The notes below the pieces were generated by a model, which was given only the letters and a program-made list of their open reading frames with translations, made no database searches and was not told the DNA's origin. A stretch of 54,037 bases of DNA, taken from the NCBI GenBank assembly GCA_031763465.1, contig JARFOE010000192.1, positions 14,855,458-14,909,494 on the forward strand, written 5' to 3'. The DNA comes from Squatina squatina (taxonomy: Eukaryota). This document shows, one piece after another, positions 51,397 through 54,037 of this stretch (position 1 is the first letter of the stretch; each line of letters opens with the position of its first letter). The translations under genes were made by a program, and so were the position numbers.

Positions 51397-51907
51397 CTGG
51401 AGAGATAGTTTGCCGAATGTAAACCTACTCCCAGCAAGAAAGAACGAACCGACCATGGATCAAAAAATGGATACAATAAATATGAACTGGTACACAATTT
51501 ACGCCTGTACACAGAAAGACTGCCCTATAGCCATAGAAATTTACATTATCAGTGCAACATGTAGTTATTTTCCTTACTATCACACCACACATTGTAAAAT
51601 TTTTTAAAAAATTAGTAAGCACAAGCAACTACTTTTGTGTATATTTTATCATCTGTACAGTTCCTAAACAAGAAATTTGAAAGGCACAATTGTTTATACA
51701 ACATGTACAAAAATGGCTGGAGCGGACAAGGAACAAAAAGACACCTTTCTTCTAAGTTGGTCTTAGTTTACAATTGCACAAACATAATATCTACATCAAA
51801 AAGTGTGCTTTCAGGGGAAGAGAGCTTGTGTAGTAAGAAAACATGAAGTTCATTTTTTGTTTAAAAGGACAAGTGATAGCTGCACAAAAAGGGTCCTGCA
51901 AAAATCT

Positions 51908-52570
51908 TTATGTTGCTATCACTAGTCGGTCTTCATCATCACTACTGACATCGCTGTACTGCACGGTAGCTCGTATAGTTCCTGCTGGTTTCCCTTTTCT
52001 TTTTTCTGGAGAAGCAGTCTGATGAACAGGAGACTTGGTCACCTCTTCAGAGTTTGCCTTTAAGTGCCCCAAGTCAGAGTTTGTCGCAGCTCTAGCAGTT
52101 GTTTTGTTATTGTGTGCCTGTAGATACGTTGTTTTACTGGCACATCCTTGCTCCTTGCCAGTGTTATTTGGTTGTCCATGTTTCCAGTCCATAGGATCTG
52201 TCAAGTCCTTCAAGCCACAAGTCTGGATTTGAGGAGAAACCTGAGAGAATAGTGTGCAGGCCATCTGATTAACATTAACTGTAACAGGAAGGCTAACTGG
52301 TGTCTGTTCAGTCCTAGTTGGACAAGGTTTGCTTGTACAGTGCATCTCGATACTCATTTGACCTTCTGCCCCTGTACTGATGGACGGCACAAGAGTAGGC
52401 AGTGAGAATTTCATTATTTGCACTCCTGGAACATGGGTTTGTAGGCATGGTGTACTCTGAGTCTGTGGGTTTGTGGAATTTTGCGGACTGAAGCCTGAAT
52501 CTGGGATCGTGGGATTGTGGGGACTGAAGCTAGACTCTGGGATTGTGGGGACTGAACCCTGACTCTGGGA
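51908..52570 (-). CDS. HIVEP1: HIVEP1 (Schnurri-1) terminal exon, 3' part
   Basis: Open frame ...THVPGVQIMKFSLPTLVPS...TVQYSDVSSDDEDRLVIAT*, matching recalled HIVEP1 PGLQILNIALPTLIPS and SDVSSDDDEDRLVIAT. The 5' limit is uncertain because of a tandem repeat. Confidence 0.9.
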   Translation of the reverse strand, partial: SQSQGSVPTIPESSFSPHNPTIPDSGFSPQNSTNPQTQSTPCLQTHVPGVQIMKFSLPTLVPSISTGAEGQMSIEMHCTSKPCPTRTEQTPVSLPVTVNVNQMACTLFSQVSPQIQTCGLKDLTDPMDWKHGQPNNTGKEQGCASKTTYLQAHNNKTTARAATNSDLGHLKANSEEVTKSPVHQTASPEKRKGKPAGTIRATVQYSDVSSDDEDRLVIAT

Positions 52571-52628
52571 TCATGGGGACTGGAGCCTGAATCTGGGATT
52601 GTGGGACTGAAGCGGGACTCTGGGATTG
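52484..52628. repeat. 27/28/36-bp minisatellite
   Basis: Minus-strand units TTCAGTCCCCACAATCCCAGAGTCAGGG and variants; runs into a gap. Confidence 0.9.
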
Positions 52629-52882
52629 NNNNNNNNNNNNNNNNNNNNNNNNNNNNNNNNNNNNNNNNNNNNNNNNNNNNNNNNNNNNNNNNNNNNNNNN
52701 NNNNNNNNNNNNNNNNNNNNNNNNNNNNCAACTTCTGGATTTCCGCATTTATCTGCGCATGTGTTGACTCCAGAAATTGCTGTCACTTTCAGAGGAGTAA
52801 TTACGGCGAACACTGACAATTTCGTTGTCATTATTGCCGCAAAATCGAGGCCATGATACATTATATGATGAAATGCACGCAC

Positions 52883-53350
52883 CTTTACATCATCTATGGT
52901 TTTCTTTCCAATATTTTCTTGCACATGCTGGTTGTCAGATGTAACCTGGTGGCCAGAAGTCCTTTGGCCAGCCTTAGGTAATGTACCTCTAGCCACAGGG
53001 GACATGGTTTTCTCCTCTTCAGTTGCATGCCGGTGGACTGGTGAGAATTTTGATTTTACTTTGTTGGTTTCAGCATCACTAGCATTCTGTGTAAGCAAAA
53101 CACCAGATAGTACCTCAAGGTTGTTGGTCTGCACGAGAGAGTCCTTGGCTGTTCTCACCACATCAGCAATCAGAGAGGCAGAGGCAGAAGTTAGTGTACC
53201 AAGCTGGTCATTTCTCTGTAAGTTGTGCTGAGGGCTAGCTGTTACAGAGGGAGTGGCTGACAAACCCGTTTCTCCTAGACTGTCTTCATCATCATCCTCA
53301 ATTTCATAGTCTTCCACATCCTGACCATCGGAGTCTTCAGCATCAGAGTA
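52883..53350 (-). CDS. HIVEP1: HIVEP1 penultimate exon (acidic region; 5' end in gap)
   Basis: YSDAEDSDGQDVEDYEIEDDDEDSLGETGLSATPSVTASPQH (recalled HIVEP1 EDDDEDSQAESVLSATPSVTASPQH); probable donor AAG|gtgcgt. Confidence 0.88.
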
Positions 53351-53974
53351 NNNNNNNNNNNNNNNNNNNNNNNNNNNNNNNNNNNNNNNNNNNNNNNNNN
53401 NNNNNNNNNNNNNNNNNNNNNNNNNNNNNNNNNNNNNNNNNNNNNNNNNNTTCAAGGCATTGCAGCCCTTTGCCCTTTAGACATCAACTTTGTCGTTGGA
53501 CAAACAAAAAAGGTTTTCCAAGGCTTTATGGTAGGCACTGCTTGTTTAACCTTTTTTCTTCTCTTTGACACAAGGTGGTTCAATCTCAGAGTATGGCCAC
53601 AGGTCACTGCTAATTGTTGCCCCCCTGGCCTCTGAAAGACCTAATGAGAACAGGTGTGTGCAGGTGTCCTTACTAACTACTTCTGTTAACTTAACTTCAA
53701 AGATGTTACAGGGCTTTTTTGTTGGTTGACTTCATTTCTCAGTTAAATGACTAATCCTAGATTCATATTAACTTCAATAAATATGTCTGCATTATTTTAA
53801 ATTTATATTTTGCTATAATGATTTCAGTGACAAGACAACTCTATGTTTTAGGCTGTTGTATACAGTTCACTGATATTTAAGGAATTTCTGCAAAAAGAGT
53901 TAAAATAAAACTGACATAAGTATTTTTATGTTGTTAAAATGAAAAAAGTTGCACTAATAGATTTCCTTTAACAC

Positions 53975-54037
53975 CGTCAGGACGCGCCAAAGTGATTCTC
54001 AACCAATGCATTACTTTTGAAGTGTAGTCAGTGTTGT
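53975..54037 (-). mobile_element. DeuSINE tail fragment
   Basis: 'aaccaatgcattacttttgaagtgtagtcagtgttgt' is the reverse complement of the SINE 3' region. Confidence 0.6.

Noticed and set aside
52729-52882. HIVEP1 coding extension VRAFHHIMYHG... in ORF 52571-53455
   Set aside because: It follows a plausible donor (AAG|gtgcgt) and resembles repeat-derived intronic sequence; probably read-through into the intron.

Overview
Eukaryotic, not prokaryotic: a heavily gapped scaffold (many 100-N and 10-N gaps of unknown true size) from a cartilaginous fish, judged from DeuSINE/SacSINE1-like SINEs and shark-type CR1, Penelope and Harbinger repeats. It samples the region orthologous to human 6p24. Spliced exons with GT-AG boundaries are recognisable for ELOVL2 (+), GCM2 (+, last exon), MAK (+, four kinase-domain exons), PAK1IP1 (-, one exon absent from the ORF track), a TRNAU1AP/SECp43-like C6orf52 orthologue that still carries RRM exons (+), PHACTR1 (-, six exons) and HIVEP1 (-, last two exons). 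The rest is intronic or intergenic DNA with CR1, L2, RTE/BovB, Penelope and Harbinger remnants, SINEs and minisatellites. Main observations: an in-frame TGA in a MAK kinase exon, an RRM-retaining C6orf52 next to PHACTR1, a minimal hammerhead-ribozyme motif in a Penelope terminus, a ~122-bp local inverted duplication, and a minisatellite abutting the HIVEP1 terminal coding region. I found no convincing undescribed multi-gene system. Gene names rest on recalled protein motifs plus synteny; no searches were run.
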